A stretch of DNA of 58,677 nucleotides, the filler included, from Sphacelaria rigidula (taxonomy: Eukaryota), in the NCBI GenBank assembly GCA_964200075.2. It is 7 parts of 7 records of this genome, joined end to end, with 100 filler letters (N's around TTAATTAATTAA, not from the genome) between each part and the next. Parts side by side here need not be neighbours in the genome. Positions count along the whole stretch, not along the records: positions 1 to 8,298 come from CAXNAA020011610.1; positions 8,399 to 16,696 come from CAXNAA020011611.1; 5 more parts are not named here. The stretch is one strand, 5' to 3'. Numbering within the stretch: position 1 is the stretch's first letter; each line of letters opens with the position of its first letter. The position numbers were made by a program, and so were the translations under genes. The notes beneath the pieces were generated by a model. The model saw nothing but the letters and a program-made list of their open reading frames with translations, was not told the origin of the DNA and did not search any database. Below are positions 1 through 13,320 of the stretch, one piece after another.

Positions 1-374
1 CAAACGTGGGCCCGTGAGTGGCCTGCAAAATACTGTTCCGAATTTCTACCGACCCGGTTTATGATAGGCCCATGCTATTCATACATTTAGAGTTGGACCC
101 TGAAATTTGGTATGGACAGTGCATAGGGCATAAAAAAAATATTACTGAAGTACCAAAAGTGTTTATTTTTTTCATGAGTTAAGGGCAAAAATCGGTTTTC
201 AGGTATCAGTAAAATGCCCCTAATAACTCATGGGAAAAAAAAAAGTTTTGGCACTTCAGTAAAAAAAAATTATGCCCTATGCACTGTCCATACCAATTTC
301 AGGGTCCAACTCTAAATGTGTAAACGAGAATGGGCCTGCAAACTTCAAATCCGCCTCTAGGTTGGCCCAGCTTG
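1..374 (-). mobile_element. Non-autonomous TIR DNA transposon 'family A' (TA TSD, Tc1/mariner-like), partial copy
   Basis: Ends in TAGGTTGGCCCAGCTTG|TA, a near-match to the reverse complement of the TIR at 5597. 1-60 matches 6955-7013 in reverse. Contains an internal inverted repeat at 66-336. Confidence 0.75.
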
Positions 375-1377
375 TAGTGTCCCCCACTCCAGTCCGGGAA
401 GTGGGCACCCCGCAGGTATGACAACAAATGCATATCCTGTACGCAGCGCTTATGCTATGTAGGTACTTGAGTACTGACTGTTGCATCATCTGTTGAACCA
501 TATCCAGTGATGTCTTGGCTGGGTGCAGAACCATCACACGGCGGCAGGTGAACGCGTTTTACAGTAAAACGTGTCCTACACGAAACGGTAGCAATTGCTC
601 CGCGTTTTGTTATAACACGACAAGGTATACACATAACGCTAGGCTATCGCTTACGGTATTCTGACACATTTCTGACTTCACTTCGCCAACCCGACTTGCT
701 CGCATGTGTATCTCGTGGTTCGCAAAGTTGGGGTCGCGTGCTCGCACTCATGTTCGCTCCATGCGCAGCCTGGCAGGTAACGCCCCTGAAAATGCAGATC
801 ACGGTGTAAAACGTTGCAGTGGCAGCCTTTCGGGCAACGCCGTTGAAACTGAATATTCAAGTGTTCAGCTGCGTGTCGAGATCTTCTCGTGTATTGCGGA
901 CATGCGTTGGTGGCACCTCTCTGCTAACGGGCATCCTGATTGCATGTGCATCCGGTGTTCTAAATGTCCGTTCTGTCGTGCACACCTTAAATGAAAAATA
1001 AATGTATCATTCCACTCAAAAGAATGTTCGGATCAACGAAGGACGTCGGTGCACACTCCTCTCCTGTCGTACACAAACATATTCCTCCTCGTCATCGGCA
1101 CGACACACGTAGCGGACCGACACAGATTTTCATCGAAGGTGAGTAAACTGTTCGGCAGTATCGCGTGCTTCGGTTTGCCGTAAGTTGAGCGCGAGTTGGC
1201 CAGATCGCATCGTGCTCTTGTTGGATTCCATGCTCTCGACACACTGAGACTTCAACCGCAGTTGTGAGGACGTATCATGATATTAGCGTCGAAAAGGGAT
1301 GTATTTGGCCGACTCTGGAGCTAGCTGATGCCCGTGGAGGAGCTGATATATTATATGCTGTTAGTGCTGTTGTGTCG

Positions 1378-1405
1378 TTGTTGTCGTTGTTGTTGTTGTT
1401 GTTGT

Positions 1406-1449
<44 letters not shown>

Positions 1450-1456
1450 TTGTTGT
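1378..1456. repeat. Compound microsatellite (TTG)n(ATG)n
   Basis: Visible triplet runs; explains the poly-L/poly-M ORF 1264..1617. Confidence 0.95.
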
Positions 1457-2343
1457 CTGCTTCCTTTTCTTCTTTCCTTTCTGTAGCTGTTGATGATCTA
1501 TATTTTTCTGTTTCCTTCTTTCTTTCTCATTCTGTGCGTTGTTTCGCTGCTCCTGACACGGGCTGGATTGTTGCGATCAGCGAATGTGGGATAACCAATC
1601 AATCACTCGATCAGTGACTGTCTCCAGCAGAATCTTGCTGGGATTGTTCCCGTTCATTTATGTACGGTATGTCGTCTTCCCGACATCACCCCACCCATCC
1701 CGTCATGCACACCTCCCCTTTGGGCGTCCGCGGTAGCGACCTCTAGCCGCATACTTTTTATGCTAACGACACGCCGGATGACGATGAGGATATTCCACTC
1801 GAACGTATTCTTCGGGGCTCGGTGTGTACGTGTTGAGCTGTTTCCTTGTAGCGTCATTATGGAGACGGAAGACCTACGACCACTTCCAGCACCGCCGTGT
1901 TTCTGAACCTGTAACAATGTTTTCGTGAGATTGAGAGTGGTATCGGGTTCGATTGACAGTGAGAAGCTGGCAATTAGTGAATGATTCGTTTCAGGGCCGA
2001 AATGCCCCTCCAAGAGATGGGTTTTCTGCAGTAGCTCGCCACTGAAGCCCTTGTTATCCCCGAGTAGGATACCGACGTGTAGCTGTAAGCACTCGCCAGC
2101 GATAGACAGTCTTACGCCAAAACAAAAAGCAAGTCAACAGCCAAGATGCCCGCATACAAGAATCATACGCGCCTCATGTATGTTTCGACGGTTTAGCGGG
2201 GTTAAGTACTGTACTTTCAGTACAAATCAAGCGTTACTTTGCTTGTGGATTTCTCCGCCGTGTCAGTTCGAACCAACCTGAAACTTGGCAGAGAGGTAGA
2301 CCACAACACAGACAACATGTTCCCGGATCGGCGGCACGTTTTA

Positions 2344-3158
2344 GGGCCTGTCTCAGCAATTCTCTTTTCGATCGAAAAAATTGGGCGGTAGAATCGATCT
2401 GAGCGAAAAATTCTCGTTTTGATGTAGTTGAGTCCGGGTGGATTTTCAAGCTTTCGATCCAAAAAATACAGTGAAAAGCGTGAAACGGCACATGGTCACT
2501 CGTGTTCGGTACAGACAGTCTGTACTGTCTGCAGTGGTTCCAAGCAGGGTGTGATGAGTGCGTGTGTATGTTTTGTGCACGAAGATATAAAGGAGAAGCA
2601 GGCAACGCGCAGTGCAGACGGTCTAGGACTATCATTTCTCTCTGCTTACAATGCGATGTGAAAGGGACTTCACCAACGTGCAGCTTTGTACTGCCTGCAT
2701 TGTCCATGAGCGTGCACGCAACTCGGTTGCCCACCTTACCACGCAGTTCCGTCCCTGATGCCTACCATGAGAGAAGATGCGCAAGTTTCCGCCAACAAAA
2801 AATACACAAAGCACACCCGACTACTGCAGCGTATCTATCCCTATGCTCAATTCGTGCTCTATGCTGCAGGGTTGCGGTGGTCGCTGAGAATGAGTTGGAT
2901 AGAGCACGCATGGTCCTGTGAACAGGTGTTATTTGGCGTGGTGGTCTGTAAGGTAGGAGTCAAGTGCCGATTCATGCCTTTCGACCGCATGTTTTCGATC
3001 GAAAACGATTGTTTTTCGCCTTGTTGCATTCTTCGCGCGCCGCTAATTATAATTTTGAGTTGAAGTCTTCAAGGAACATATATGCGGTGGACCTATGAGA
3101 TCGGCCGAAAACAATCCGACCGCACGTTTCGATCGAAAAAAAGTGCCAAGACAGGCCC
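2344..3158. mobile_element. PIF/Harbinger-like MITE
   Basis: TTA|GGGCCTGTCT...AGACAGGCCC|TTA: 10-bp TIR with a 3-bp TTA TSD; subterminal TTTCGATCGAAAA motifs near both ends. Confidence 0.8.
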
Positions 3159-4316
3159 TTACGTGGTGCGCCAGACGCACGAAGCAAAATACGGATTTTT
3201 GGCAATGCCATCGATACGCCCTCAAAACGCAGTCCCCTCGGCCCAGACTGCGTGAGACGTCAGTGGATGCATACGTTGACACGTAAATACGCTCACTTCC
3301 TGCTGGGTGGCTCCTGCCCCGGCAAACGAACACATCGATCTGTATTGGGCACACTCTGGATGGTGTCATTCTACGCGGTACCTATCTTGGTATCGCCTGT
3401 AGAGGTGGTCACTTCAGGAGACACGGCCGTGCAAGCGCTGTCAGTGCTTTTACGCGCTGAAACTTCGACCACATGTCATATAGACAACAGGCAACAACCT
3501 CATCTTGCTGAATCTGGGGTTGCGCGGTGTGTGCGTGTGTATTGGGGCGAAAAGATGCCGGATCCTGTTCAGAATTTATCAATTTTTTTCCTTTGGCGTA
3601 AGACTGAGAGGCGAAGAAAAACACATACGGCATTAAAAATTGGCCACGTCAGAGCAAATGATAAAACTCTCTCTCAATCAGCGCTCTACTCTATCTCACG
3701 AAAACATTGTTCTCTGCAAATCTGGGCTTCGACTCGTACAAGAATAAAAAAACTGCTTCTCCGGAAGACTCAAAACTGGTCATATTGAGGGCAATCCTGT
3801 CCAGGAAGCGAGCAGCTTACCCATTGAGCCATTGTGCGGTGAAATATGCCTTTTGCATTGTAGAGCTGATTTAGCTCTGGGCGAAAATCTATGGTTGACA
3901 TCATGAGAACTTGGTTGTAGGCTAAATGACAATATTCGGATCTTGAGGAACTGAGTGCTCCTGGCTTGTCCAGACCATGTTTTTGTCAAAATCGGGGCCT
4001 GCGGCGTTGATTTGAGGTACCCCACCCAAAACATTGTCCTGGGAAACCTTTGCCCCCCCCTTGCCCGAGGGTTCTCGTAGGCCTTGGGTCGGGGTTAAGG
4101 TTGGTGATAAGTGGCCAGTGTTACGCTTGGTTTGTTCGGAAAAACCAACCCTGAATTTTCGCCCAAAGCTAAAGGTCGCCTCAACGAAAGACCTGACCTA
4201 ACGATACGGTGTGTGGTCGAGGTTAGTTCACCACTTGGAAGAGTGGGAAAATTCTCGAAACGTATGATTTCGAATACACTAACTCGAACCTAACCCTAAA
4301 TAAGCTCGTTTCTTAA

Positions 4317-4480
4317 CCCTTTTGGGACCGGACTCCCCACAACGGTATGTTTGTGGCACGTTTCCTCACCTTCCCCCCACAGGTGTGTAATAGTGGCAGG
4401 TGTCCAGTTTTTCGTTTTTGAGTCAAAATGATGCCAATGCACAAAAAAGTGTGAGTCGGCATCATTTTGAACTAAAACAA
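4317..4480. mobile_element. End of a piggyBac-like non-autonomous element
   Basis: TTAA|CCCTTTTGGGACCGGAC terminus, shared with 5788/6831. Internal AAAATGATGCCGACTC motif shared with 34960-35031. Other end not located. Confidence 0.55.
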
Positions 4481-4846
4481 ACACAAATGGACACCCGCCA
4501 CTAGCATACGATTGTGTGGGAAAAGGGTCCCACCAGCCCCCGATCGCAACGGCACGATGTTCTGGAACACTCTGCAAGCGTAAAAGTGCGACGCGTTGTG
4601 AGTTTTGAGTCCAGTTCTTGTGTCGATGTGGTGAAACTTAGGAACTATTCCGGGGAGAAAGGGGCGTGGTCGTTGTGGCGTTCGTGAACGGCAAACAGGC
4701 GGGAGAAGAGTCGAATGTGTGGGCACTATCATTGGAGTTGGCGCGTAAATTCCCGTGCACGCACTGCGCCGCATCAGGAACAGTGTGGGAAGCAATGGTC
4801 CAGGATGGGTACTGTACTTTCTGGACCGACTGGTCACCCCGATAAG

Positions 4847-5251
4847 GTGTGTGTGTGTGTGTGTGTGTGGTGTGTGTGAAGTGTCATTCCATTTACTCTG
4901 GACGCCAGTCTACACCAGTCTACACCTTTCGGTATACATATGTGGGTGAATCAGCCGGGGTCACACAGGAGGGAGGCCAGCACAGGAGCTTTTTAGTTTT
5001 TCTTTTGTTTTAGTACTCCACCTTCGTTCTGCGGTGCTCGCCCATTTTTTTTATCTCGCGAGGGGTTCGGCGGTCCATTTCCCTCGTCGAAAGTGAAGCC
5101 GAATTTTTTGTGTACCCACCACGTAGTCGCTTTCCACTGTTGGGCATGTTGTGAGAGAAAAACCCAGATCGTGTGACTGCACCAAGATTCGAATCGACGA
5201 CCCAACAGTCAAAAGGTTTCGAGGTCACCGACTGAGCCACAGGGGCGATCG
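4847..5251 (-). mobile_element. tRNA-derived SINE with (CA)n tail
   Basis: Minus strand has an A-box TGGCTCAGTCGG and a B-box-like GATTCGAATC in a tRNA-like head; body homologous to 41287-41640; ends in a CA repeat. Confidence 0.8.
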
Positions 5252-5596
5252 AATTTAAGGTACGGTTGAAAAAAAATACTAGACTAGATATATTCGGCCG
5301 AAATTTGGCCTAGAAAGGGGATGTGGTTTCTGGAGGCGAGAGTTCCTTCTGCGCATGGTCATATCTCGCGACTAACATGTTTTCTTCTGTTTTTTTTCGA
5401 GGCCCGGGTGCCGAGAACGCCCCCGATTGCTGTGCGTCAAAACCTCGGAGCGAAATCGGACTAGCTTGTGTGTGTTTACTGTTTACGCGTCTCTGCCTAT
5501 TTTTTGTACCTTTCGTAGGCAAAATACGAGAAGGCACACCTTTTTTAGGCCATTAACCAAATGCAAATGATTACCACTACCACCAGAGTGACGCTA

Positions 5597-7964
5597 CGAG
5601 CTGGGCCAGCCTAGAGGCAGATTTGAAGTTTACATGCATTTGCTCACCCCAATATTTAGAGTTGGAGCGTGAAAATAGGTATGGACAATGCATGGGGCAT
5701 TAAAAAAAAAACATCGATACCAAAAGTTTATTTTCCATGGGTCAAGGGCACTCTACTGATATCTTAAAACTGATTTTTGCCCTTAAACCCTTTTGGGACA
5801 GGGCCTCCAGAACGATCAATGAGGCTGGTCAAGAATGACGTGTCTGGAGTCTGCACGAAACAGTGGCGTGCTGGTGAATATCCGCGTATGTAATCGCAGG
5901 TTTGTTATGACGAAGACCGAAAGTTTCATCTCATCTGTTTTCAGGTGCATGGTGCGCATTAGGTGGTGTGAATCTGATGTAGCAAGCAGTACGAGTCGTG
6001 GTCGAGAGCTTCCAACAGGATGCGGCGACCGGCGGGCCGCCCGCTACTTGTGGCTTTGGATGACGCTTTTGTCCTCATCACCGTGCCACACAGCCCTTTG
6101 TGGTCGGGGTGGGCCACTATTTCCCCCCTTGTTGCATGCGGCAAATTCTCTTCGAAGGGTATCAGCGTTGCGGCGCGCATGCATACGACAGTATAGTACA
6201 GTACAGTGTAGTACGCCTCTCCGACTGAAGGAGCAGCTGCCGCTGCATACTCCCTTGCATGTTCTGGGCAATTCTGAGCTACCGAAATCAGCTGCCTATA
6301 AACAGTTTTGTCATCCCCGTCCACTACATACATGTGGATTGCACACTGCAAGTTATCGGCAGAGGGATACGCGGCATGACAGTAGCTCCTGTTGTCTTTC
6401 CACAGCCCACCTGGATTTTGTGCCTCGTGAAAATGACCACATGGTAGCATGTACACTCGTTCCCGTTTTTTTCCGGTCCACCCTGTGTTAGTGTAAATTA
6501 CTACGTTTCAGTATAGAATTGGGACCCAAAAAACACTCCGGAAAAACTCGGGACCGGCATTCTGAGAGCAAGTAGTACCATAAAACCAAGCTGCGACCAC
6601 CCTGCACTTAGAAACCTGGGGAGGCTTATCTGGGCTAGGGATAGGGCCCCTACACGATCTTTGCAGTGACATTACACTCGACAACAATCCCCGCGCTGGT
6701 CGTTCGGGTCTGGTCGATAAATTCGCCTCGCCGTGATTGAGCAGGTCGCTCGAAGACATATCCTTTATTATTCCACTAACACAGGGTGAATCCTGTGTTC
6801 CTTGGGGTCCGGGGGTCCGGTCCCAAAGGGGTAAACTCATGAAAAAAAACCCTCTTGGTACCGAGGTATTATTTTTTTTCATTGCCCCATGCATTGTCCA
6901 TAGCAATTTTTACGCTCCAACTCTAAATATTGAGTTGAGCGAACGCCTTTTAAGAACCGGGTCGGTAGAAATTCGAATCAGTATTTCGCAGGCCACTCAC
7001 CGGCCCACGTTTGGTTTTCGTGTTACATTGAAAGTTTGTGTGGGCGCTCTCTAAGGCATGATGAACACCACTCAATGGGTCAGGTTTTTTCAATTATTTT
7101 TTCCACTGGTTTAGGGCGTTCTAGTATGGTAAAGACAATTTCTTCACGAGAACGTCCTAACATCTATGAATAAAATAATAAAAAATGAAAGCCCATTTCT
7201 TTTTTCATTCGGCACACTTTTGTGGTTCTCCATGCTAACTTTCAAATCACAATTCTAAAGTTGAGCTAAAACATTAAGATGAGGCGTAAGAGCAATGCTC
7301 ATTTCTCCTCAAAACTCCACTAAAAACACGATACAAAATTGAAGAAAAATAGTGAAAAAAACGTCACGATCTGTTTTTTTTTTTATTATTGTGCACTAGC
7401 GGTTCACCACTCGAAATTTTATTGAACATCTCTCCAAAACTGAGACGCGATGTCCAGATGTAGGGCATGTGGTGCCTTCTTTGCTCGTAGTATATTGATT
7501 TCAGAATTTAAACGTATGTGCGCCATGCCTCGGGATAGATAACGAATTAGGTGAAGTTAAGGGTATCTATTGTCTCCCCTTGCTCCAGAGAATGTCCACA
7601 GCAAAATTCGTCGTCATTCGCTGAATGCATCGATCGGGGGTTTCATGGAGATTTTTGTTTGGACGCCATCTCCGTCAGGTATAGGAATTACTAGACATGG
7701 GGTTTAATCAACGAGAAAATATGGGCCCAAAATTTTACGCAGATGGGCACCTTCCCCTTGGTTAGACGATTAATACGATATGCGGGTCACGGCCCAACCC
7801 GTCTGCGTCGATGAGATATCGCTTTTGGAGCTTCACCCCTTAGACCCCGAGATTAGTCTTTCTGGATCATGCGTATTTTTTGTCACTTGAAATTGATGCC
7901 GATTCAACAGAAGACTAACCTCGCGGTCTAAGAGGTAAATCCGTTTTTAGGCTGGCCCAGCTCG
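5597..7964 (+). mobile_element. Family A non-autonomous TIR transposon, complete, with nested insertion
   Basis: TA|CGAGCTGGGCCAGCCTA ... TAGGCTGGCCCAGCTCG|TA: perfect 17-bp TIR and TA TSD; homologous to 1-374, 8236-8298 and 9600-10564. Confidence 0.85.
5788..6831. mobile_element. piggyBac-like non-autonomous element nested in family A
   Basis: TAAA|CCCTTTTGGGAC...GTCCCAAAGGGG|TAAA. The empty site GCCCTTAACTCATG is visible (reverse complement) in the family A copy at ~173-186. Homologous to ~49940-50282 in reverse. Confidence 0.75.
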
Positions 7965-8235
7965 TACGTTAAGGGTGCACAAATAGTTTCTGCGGTTAGA
8001 ATTGCTGAGGAAACCTTCATCTCATCCAAAACGACTCATTATCAAGATATGTGAAAGCACGCCAGGGTTACTATTCCAATGTGCTGGGGATATCCCGACT
8101 GAATTTGCAAACGGGGGTGCCCTGACCCATGTTCTTGTGCATCGGAGAAGCTCACGGAGTCAACCATGTGTGTTTGGAAGTTTCTCGCGGAAACTTATGA
8201 GCCGTGCACGAGGCCCGAGTGGCGCGGGATGACTA

Positions 8236-8298
8236 CGAGCTGGGCCAGCCTAGAGGCTGCATGAACGTTTGCAGGCGGATGCGCCGGCCAATATTTGG
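8236..8298 (+). mobile_element. Family A left end, truncated by contig end
   Basis: TA|CGAGCTGGGCCAGCCTAGAGG identical to 5597. Confidence 0.75.
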
Positions 8299-8398
8299 NN
8301 NNNNNNNNNNNNNNNNNNNNNNNNNNNNNNNNNNNNNNNNNNTTAATTAATTAANNNNNNNNNNNNNNNNNNNNNNNNNNNNNNNNNNNNNNNNNNNN
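8299..8398. other. Artificial contig linker (N44-TTAATTAATTAA-N44)
   Basis: 100-bp spacer with a six-frame stop core. Confidence 0.97.
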
Positions 8399-8559
8399 TG
8401 GTTGGGTGGCGCATTTTTTTTCGCGGTGGGTGTTGGGGGGGGGGCAGGGGTTTACATACAACCATTTTTTTTTTTGTTGTGATTTTTCTTTTTGTTGTCG
8501 TTCCTCCTCGTCCGTTTTCCACACTTCTCTTGTCTTCGAACCTTTCATGGACCAAGCAG

Positions 8560-8703
8560 GGTGCCGACGGTAAGCTCAAGGTGACCCTCGTGGATTCCAA
8601 GAGCGGGGAGAATGTGACCGAGGACACGTTCGACACTGTCTTGTTCGCTACGGGCAGGAGGGCCGACACGTCCAAGATTGGACTCGAGGAGGCGGGGGTA
8701 AAG
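8560..8703 (+). CDS. TRXR: High-Mr thioredoxin reductase, internal exon
   Basis: CAG|...|GTGAAG, 144 bp, phase 0; GADGKLKVTLVDSKSGENVTEDTFDTVLFATGRRADTSKIGLEEAGVK (the D-TVL-A-GR motif of disulfide reductases). Confidence 0.9.
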
Positions 8704-9599
8704 GTGAAGTCTTTTTGAATGAATACCCACGTTCGCTTTTATTGCTCTTGTTTTGAAGCATAATATGGAGAAAACGAAAACAATCGAGATTACGGCACAC
8801 ACTGGATAATGACAGTATATGGCGTTGTGAAAAAGTGTACTTTCTACAGTGTCGACTATTGCGTCCATTGCAATAGACGATAGATTCCTTCCTCTACGCA
8901 GTACACTCTTTTGATGACGTGATCCGTTGTCGAGGGTGTGATTTCACACCCTGGACAAAAGACTACGTTGTCAAAAAATGTACTGCGTGCAGTATGGGAT
9001 CTATTGCGCAATAGAAGCTTTAGTCTACAGTGTACGCAGTACACCTTTTCGCAACGTAATCTGTCGTCCAGGATGTGTGATTTACACGAGGGAGCATTCA
9101 AACTCCCAAGGTAGTGCTCGTTTCTGCCTTCCCGTACGAGAAGGTCTGGGTGTGTAGGTGGTGGCTGGTTGTTGTTGACCTGAAACAGTATTGGAGCTCC
9201 AGCAGAGCAGCCATCATCGTTTGGCAGCCCTCTCTCCTCGTTTATCAAATGAACTACTCGTATATATATATATATTGATTTTTGATTTTCGATTGATCGA
9301 TTGATTGATTGCCGCACTTTAACCGACCCCCTAGGGATCCAGCCGTGGTCACACGCAGGTATGTTGTCCAACAATATACAGTTGAGCGAATCACTCACAC
9401 CCGGAGACAAAGTAGTTCATTTCGGCCGAAAGTTGTCCGCGTTTATTTTTCCCCGAAGTCGATTTGCACAGACGAAACAAAAACAGACAAGAAACCATCA
9501 GGAACAAAAGATGAACAAATCAGAGATGGGAACAAAACACAATGCCCCACGTATCTGGCGTAGGCTATGATGAGTTGCTGTTGGTACTGTCGATGCATC

Positions 9600-10564
9600 T
9601 TGGCCTGCAGCTTTCGTGAATATTGGCGGACTGATGGGCCGTTTAGTGTCAGGGTCGGTAAAAAGTCGGAACAGTATTTCGCAGGCCACTCACCGGCCGA
9701 CGTTTGGTTTTTTTTTTTTGTGATGAAATTTTGGTGTGGGCCCCCGCTAGGGCATAATTAACGCAACAAGGTGAGTCAGGTGATTATTTTTGTTTCCACT
9801 CTGGTTCAGGGCGTTTTAGTACGGAAACGACATTTTTTTACGAGAACGCCCAAACCGCTCCCCCCCCAAAGAAAGGATTGAGAGCCCATTTTCTTTTTTG
9901 TTCAGCATACGTGCGTGGTTCTTGATCCTGAACTTCAAATCACCCTTCTAAAAATCGAGCTACAAAATACAGGTGAGACCCAATAGTAGTGTTCATTTTT
10001 CTTGAAAACTGCCCAAAAAACGGGAAGGAATGAAGAACAAATCGAAAAGATGAACAAGTCTTTTTTTTTTTTTGCTTCAAAAAACGACATTATGCACCAT
10101 CGTTTCCCGATACCAAATTTCATACCATTACTCTCAAAAACTGAGACGCAATACCCAAATTTATTTCATGTATTATAGTGCGTCTGCTCGTAGTAGATTG
10201 TGTCTTTTTTTTATGGAAACTTATGTGCGCCGTATCTCGAGATATATAACGAATGAGATGAAGGTGAGGGTATCCATCGTCCCCCCGTGCTCCAGGGAAT
10301 GTGCACACCAAAAGTCGTTGTCACCCGCTGAATATATCGATGGGGGGTTCACATGGATTTAGTATGGACGCTATCTCTGTTGGGTATAGGAATTACTAGG
10401 CATGGGGTTCAATCAACGAGAAGATATTGGTCCAGACTTTTGAGCATATGGGCACCTTTCCCTTGATAAGACGAGTTATACGATATGAGGATCATGACCC
10501 AACACGTCTATGTCGATGAGATATTGCTTCGAGAGCTTACCCTTTCCTACGCTGGCCCAGCCCG
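9600..10564 (+). mobile_element. Family A copy (5'-truncated) in a TrxR intron
   Basis: Colinear with ~6925-7964; ends GCTGGCCCAGCCCG|TA. Left boundary approximate. Confidence 0.7.
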
Positions 10565-10838
10565 TAACACATATCGCTAAACTTACTCGGCTCTATGGTG
10601 ATCTGTTCTCCAGGACGTGCGATGCATGTCCGGTGAACAGACTCAGCAAAACCACTCGCAAGTTCAACGTGTGAAAAACAAGAGGGGAGGAAAAATGCGT
10701 CCCCGCCTCCCTTCATGTTTAAGTTGTCCATGTCTTCGTGTGTTGTGTGTACGCGTTCTTCAACTTTTTGAATTTCTTTTTTTTGTCGTGTGTTGTCTTG
10801 TTCCATTTTCCGTTTTTGGGGGGGGGGGCGGCGGGCAG

Positions 10839-10982
10839 ATAAATGAAAACGGGAAGATTCCGGTACAGAGCGAACAGACGAACGTTCCGCACATCTACGC
10901 AATCGGAGACTGCACATCGGTAGATGTCGTTTTCCATGATTCACACTGGGCCAACCCAGAGCTGACGCCGGTGGCCGTTCAG
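10839..10982 (+). CDS. TRXR: High-Mr thioredoxin reductase, internal exon (FAD-binding GD motif)
   Basis: CAG|...|GTGAGC, 144 bp; INENGKIPVQSEQTNVPHIYAIGDCTSVDVVFHDSHWANPELTPVAVQ. Confidence 0.93.
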
Positions 10983-11599
10983 GTGAGCGCCCTCAAGAGT
11001 TCGACGTTGATTTTGATTGATTATTGGATAGATCGTCGCCGCCGTGGACCGTTGGGTGGCGAGAGGTGGTCGCCTGTTGGATCGTCCTCGGTTTCACTTG
11101 AAAAAATGTGCCATGATCCAGATGGACTTACCCACGCGGTCTAGGGGTCAACTGATCCCTCAGAGATCCATGTCAGACCTTTGGAGTGTCGGGAAGTAGA
11201 TAAATCGCTTTTCAAGTGTCGTAAAAGTACAGGCTGAAGTGATTTTTTGGTGAGGGATCAAGCCATTCACGTGGCGGACACCTCATGAGTACTGAGATTT
11301 ACTCAAATATCGCTTCACTCGCGTTAACGTGAGTTATGAACCGTTTTTGATTTGCTCAACGTGAACAAGGAGCACTGCAGAAAGACTGTGAAGCACTTGA
11401 TCCCTTTGGGACGAATGATGAAAATGATGACGATTTACAATTAAAGCTCCTGGGGGGGGCAAGATATGGTTGTTCTTCTGCAAGTACTGTCGTTGATGAT
11501 GCCCACCAAAACGGTACACAACTGTAAAAGTTGAGGTCTGCTAATGTGACACACTCGTGCACCGAAAGCTGGCATAAGGGAGTTTGTACTGTTTTTCGC

Positions 11600-11765
11600 G
11601 AGTTGCAGAAGGGTTGAACGAAATATATACTGGAGAAAGAAAAAAAAAATGGTGTTGGCTTCCCTCCCGTGTGACCCCGGCTGATGTGCCCACATGTACC
11701 GAAAGGTGTAGACTGGCGCCCCGAATAGATGGGATGACAACACACACACACACACACACACACAC
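11600..11765 (+). mobile_element. 3' fragment of the tRNA-SINE with (CA)n tail
   Basis: GTGACCCCGGCTG...GAAAGGTGTAGACTGGCG...GGATGACAACACACAC matches 41560-41640. Confidence 0.7.
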
Positions 11766-12458
11766 GAGCGAGCGAGCGAGCGAGCTACTCTTCATCACTA
11801 GGGTAGAAGATGAAAGAGAAATTTCATCGCTCGCTCGCTTGGGTATGGCGGGGCTCGGACGGCAAATCTTGACCGATGTGAAAGCTCGTGATGGTTTTTT
11901 CTTGTGCACATTTTGACTCACAGTCTCGCGCCGTAAGGAGATGACCATCCACCGTCATCACTTGGGTACTCGATGGCGATTCGCTGCGTGATGAGTGACA
12001 ATCTGTGTTCTTTGTTTTCTATTTCACGTTTGTTCTTGTTTTGTTTCTAGTTCGTTGTTCTTATTAAAACTGGGGTGGGATAGCAGGGGGGGCGCAAATA
12101 CTTGAAGCCTTGGTTGCTCTTGCTCCCTTTTCTTGAAGCGGCGATGGCGCACACTGTGTAGTCAGGTTTCGTTTTGCATCTCACTTTTTGTTACATGATC
12201 TCTCCAGTAGAGAGTCTGCCTTCACCTCTTCTACATTCTTTGTAAGAATAGTTGCCGAAACGGTTGTCCCGACACACACACACCGTACATGCTCACGTCC
12301 AAGGTTAGTGGATTGTTCTCGACACGACGCTTGAGTCCTCTTGGCTGCGCGCGCATGTGTATATGATTTTCATCTGCTGCAAAATTATTATTTGAAGACC
12401 AACTCGTGCACTTTGTTGCTTTTTATGTAACAACGACAATATATATATATATACATAG

Positions 12459-12545
12459 GTTGGTGAGCTGCTGGCAACACGGCTGTTCGGGAAGGGAACG
12501 GAAGAGATGGACTATGCGTTGGTGGCCACCGCCGTCTTCACCCCG
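12459..12545 (+). CDS. TRXR: High-Mr thioredoxin reductase, internal exon
   Basis: TAG|...|GTGAGT, 87 bp; VGELLATRLFGKGTEEMDYALVATAVFTP. Confidence 0.92.
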
Positions 12546-13215
12546 GTGAGTTATCACGATCAACTTTACATGGTGATTTTTCAAATCTTATCCGATTCGG
12601 CGCGTTCCTGGAGAGGATACCCTGGGCTACTGCTGCGCCTCCGACTTGAAGGTGCTCATTACACTTGCGCAATATTTCGCCGACAATTCCAATACCTCCA
12701 AAAATATCAAGACTCGTAACTCGCAGGATGACCACCGGTTGGAAACAGATCTGGGTATATGACCGACAGAGAATGAAGCAGAAACTCTGAAATATGTCGA
12801 GCTTTATATATAAACCATCGTTGGCTAGAAGGAATGTCGAATATAAGGTGGTGATCAGTTTTCAGGTCTTGCTAACACGCTTGAATAACGAAAACAAAGA
12901 ACTCTTTGAGACCAGGGGGTTAAATACACGACGTAGAAGCGGAGAATCCTGACTGGTGTTGTTATCATACGCGGGCGACGTGTCAGTATCGCGGCATTGA
13001 GGACATCTCATTAAAATTTGACAAATCGTTGGCTGCATAATAGTGAGAACCGTGGAGTCGTTTGCTCTGTTTTTGTTTTATTTTGTTGTCCCGAGTATGA
13101 AGCTGAATTGGTCATGTTGCCGCATGTTGTTTCATGACAATGCTTGCTTCCGGGTGCCGGTTGTTCTTCTTTTTTCTTTTTTTCTCTTTTCTTTTTATTT
13201 TGTTTTGCCCGTAAG

Positions 13216-13320
13216 GTGGAGTACGGTTGCTGTGGACTGAGTGAGGAGGATGCGATTAGGCTATATGGGGAGGAGAACGTGGAAACATATCTGTTCGAAT
13301 TCGGCACATTGGAGCACCAG
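13216..13320 (+). CDS. TRXR: High-Mr thioredoxin reductase, internal exon (dimerisation domain)
   Basis: AAG|...|GTATGA, 105 bp; VEYGCCGLSEEDAIRLYGEENVETYLFEFGTLEHQ. Confidence 0.93.

Noticed and set aside
1264-1617. 117-aa ORF with poly-L/poly-M
   Set aside because: Translation of a (TTG)n(ATG)n microsatellite.
540-2200. Possible MULE/SWIM transposase remnant on the minus strand
   Set aside because: Cys-rich fragments, but no ordered catalytic motifs could be established by eye.
4286-4300. Telomere-like CCTAACCCTAAA
   Set aside because: Only ~2 units; not an array.
8343-8354. TTAATTAATTAA as a biological motif or TSD
   Set aside because: Identical in all six N gaps; an assembly linker.
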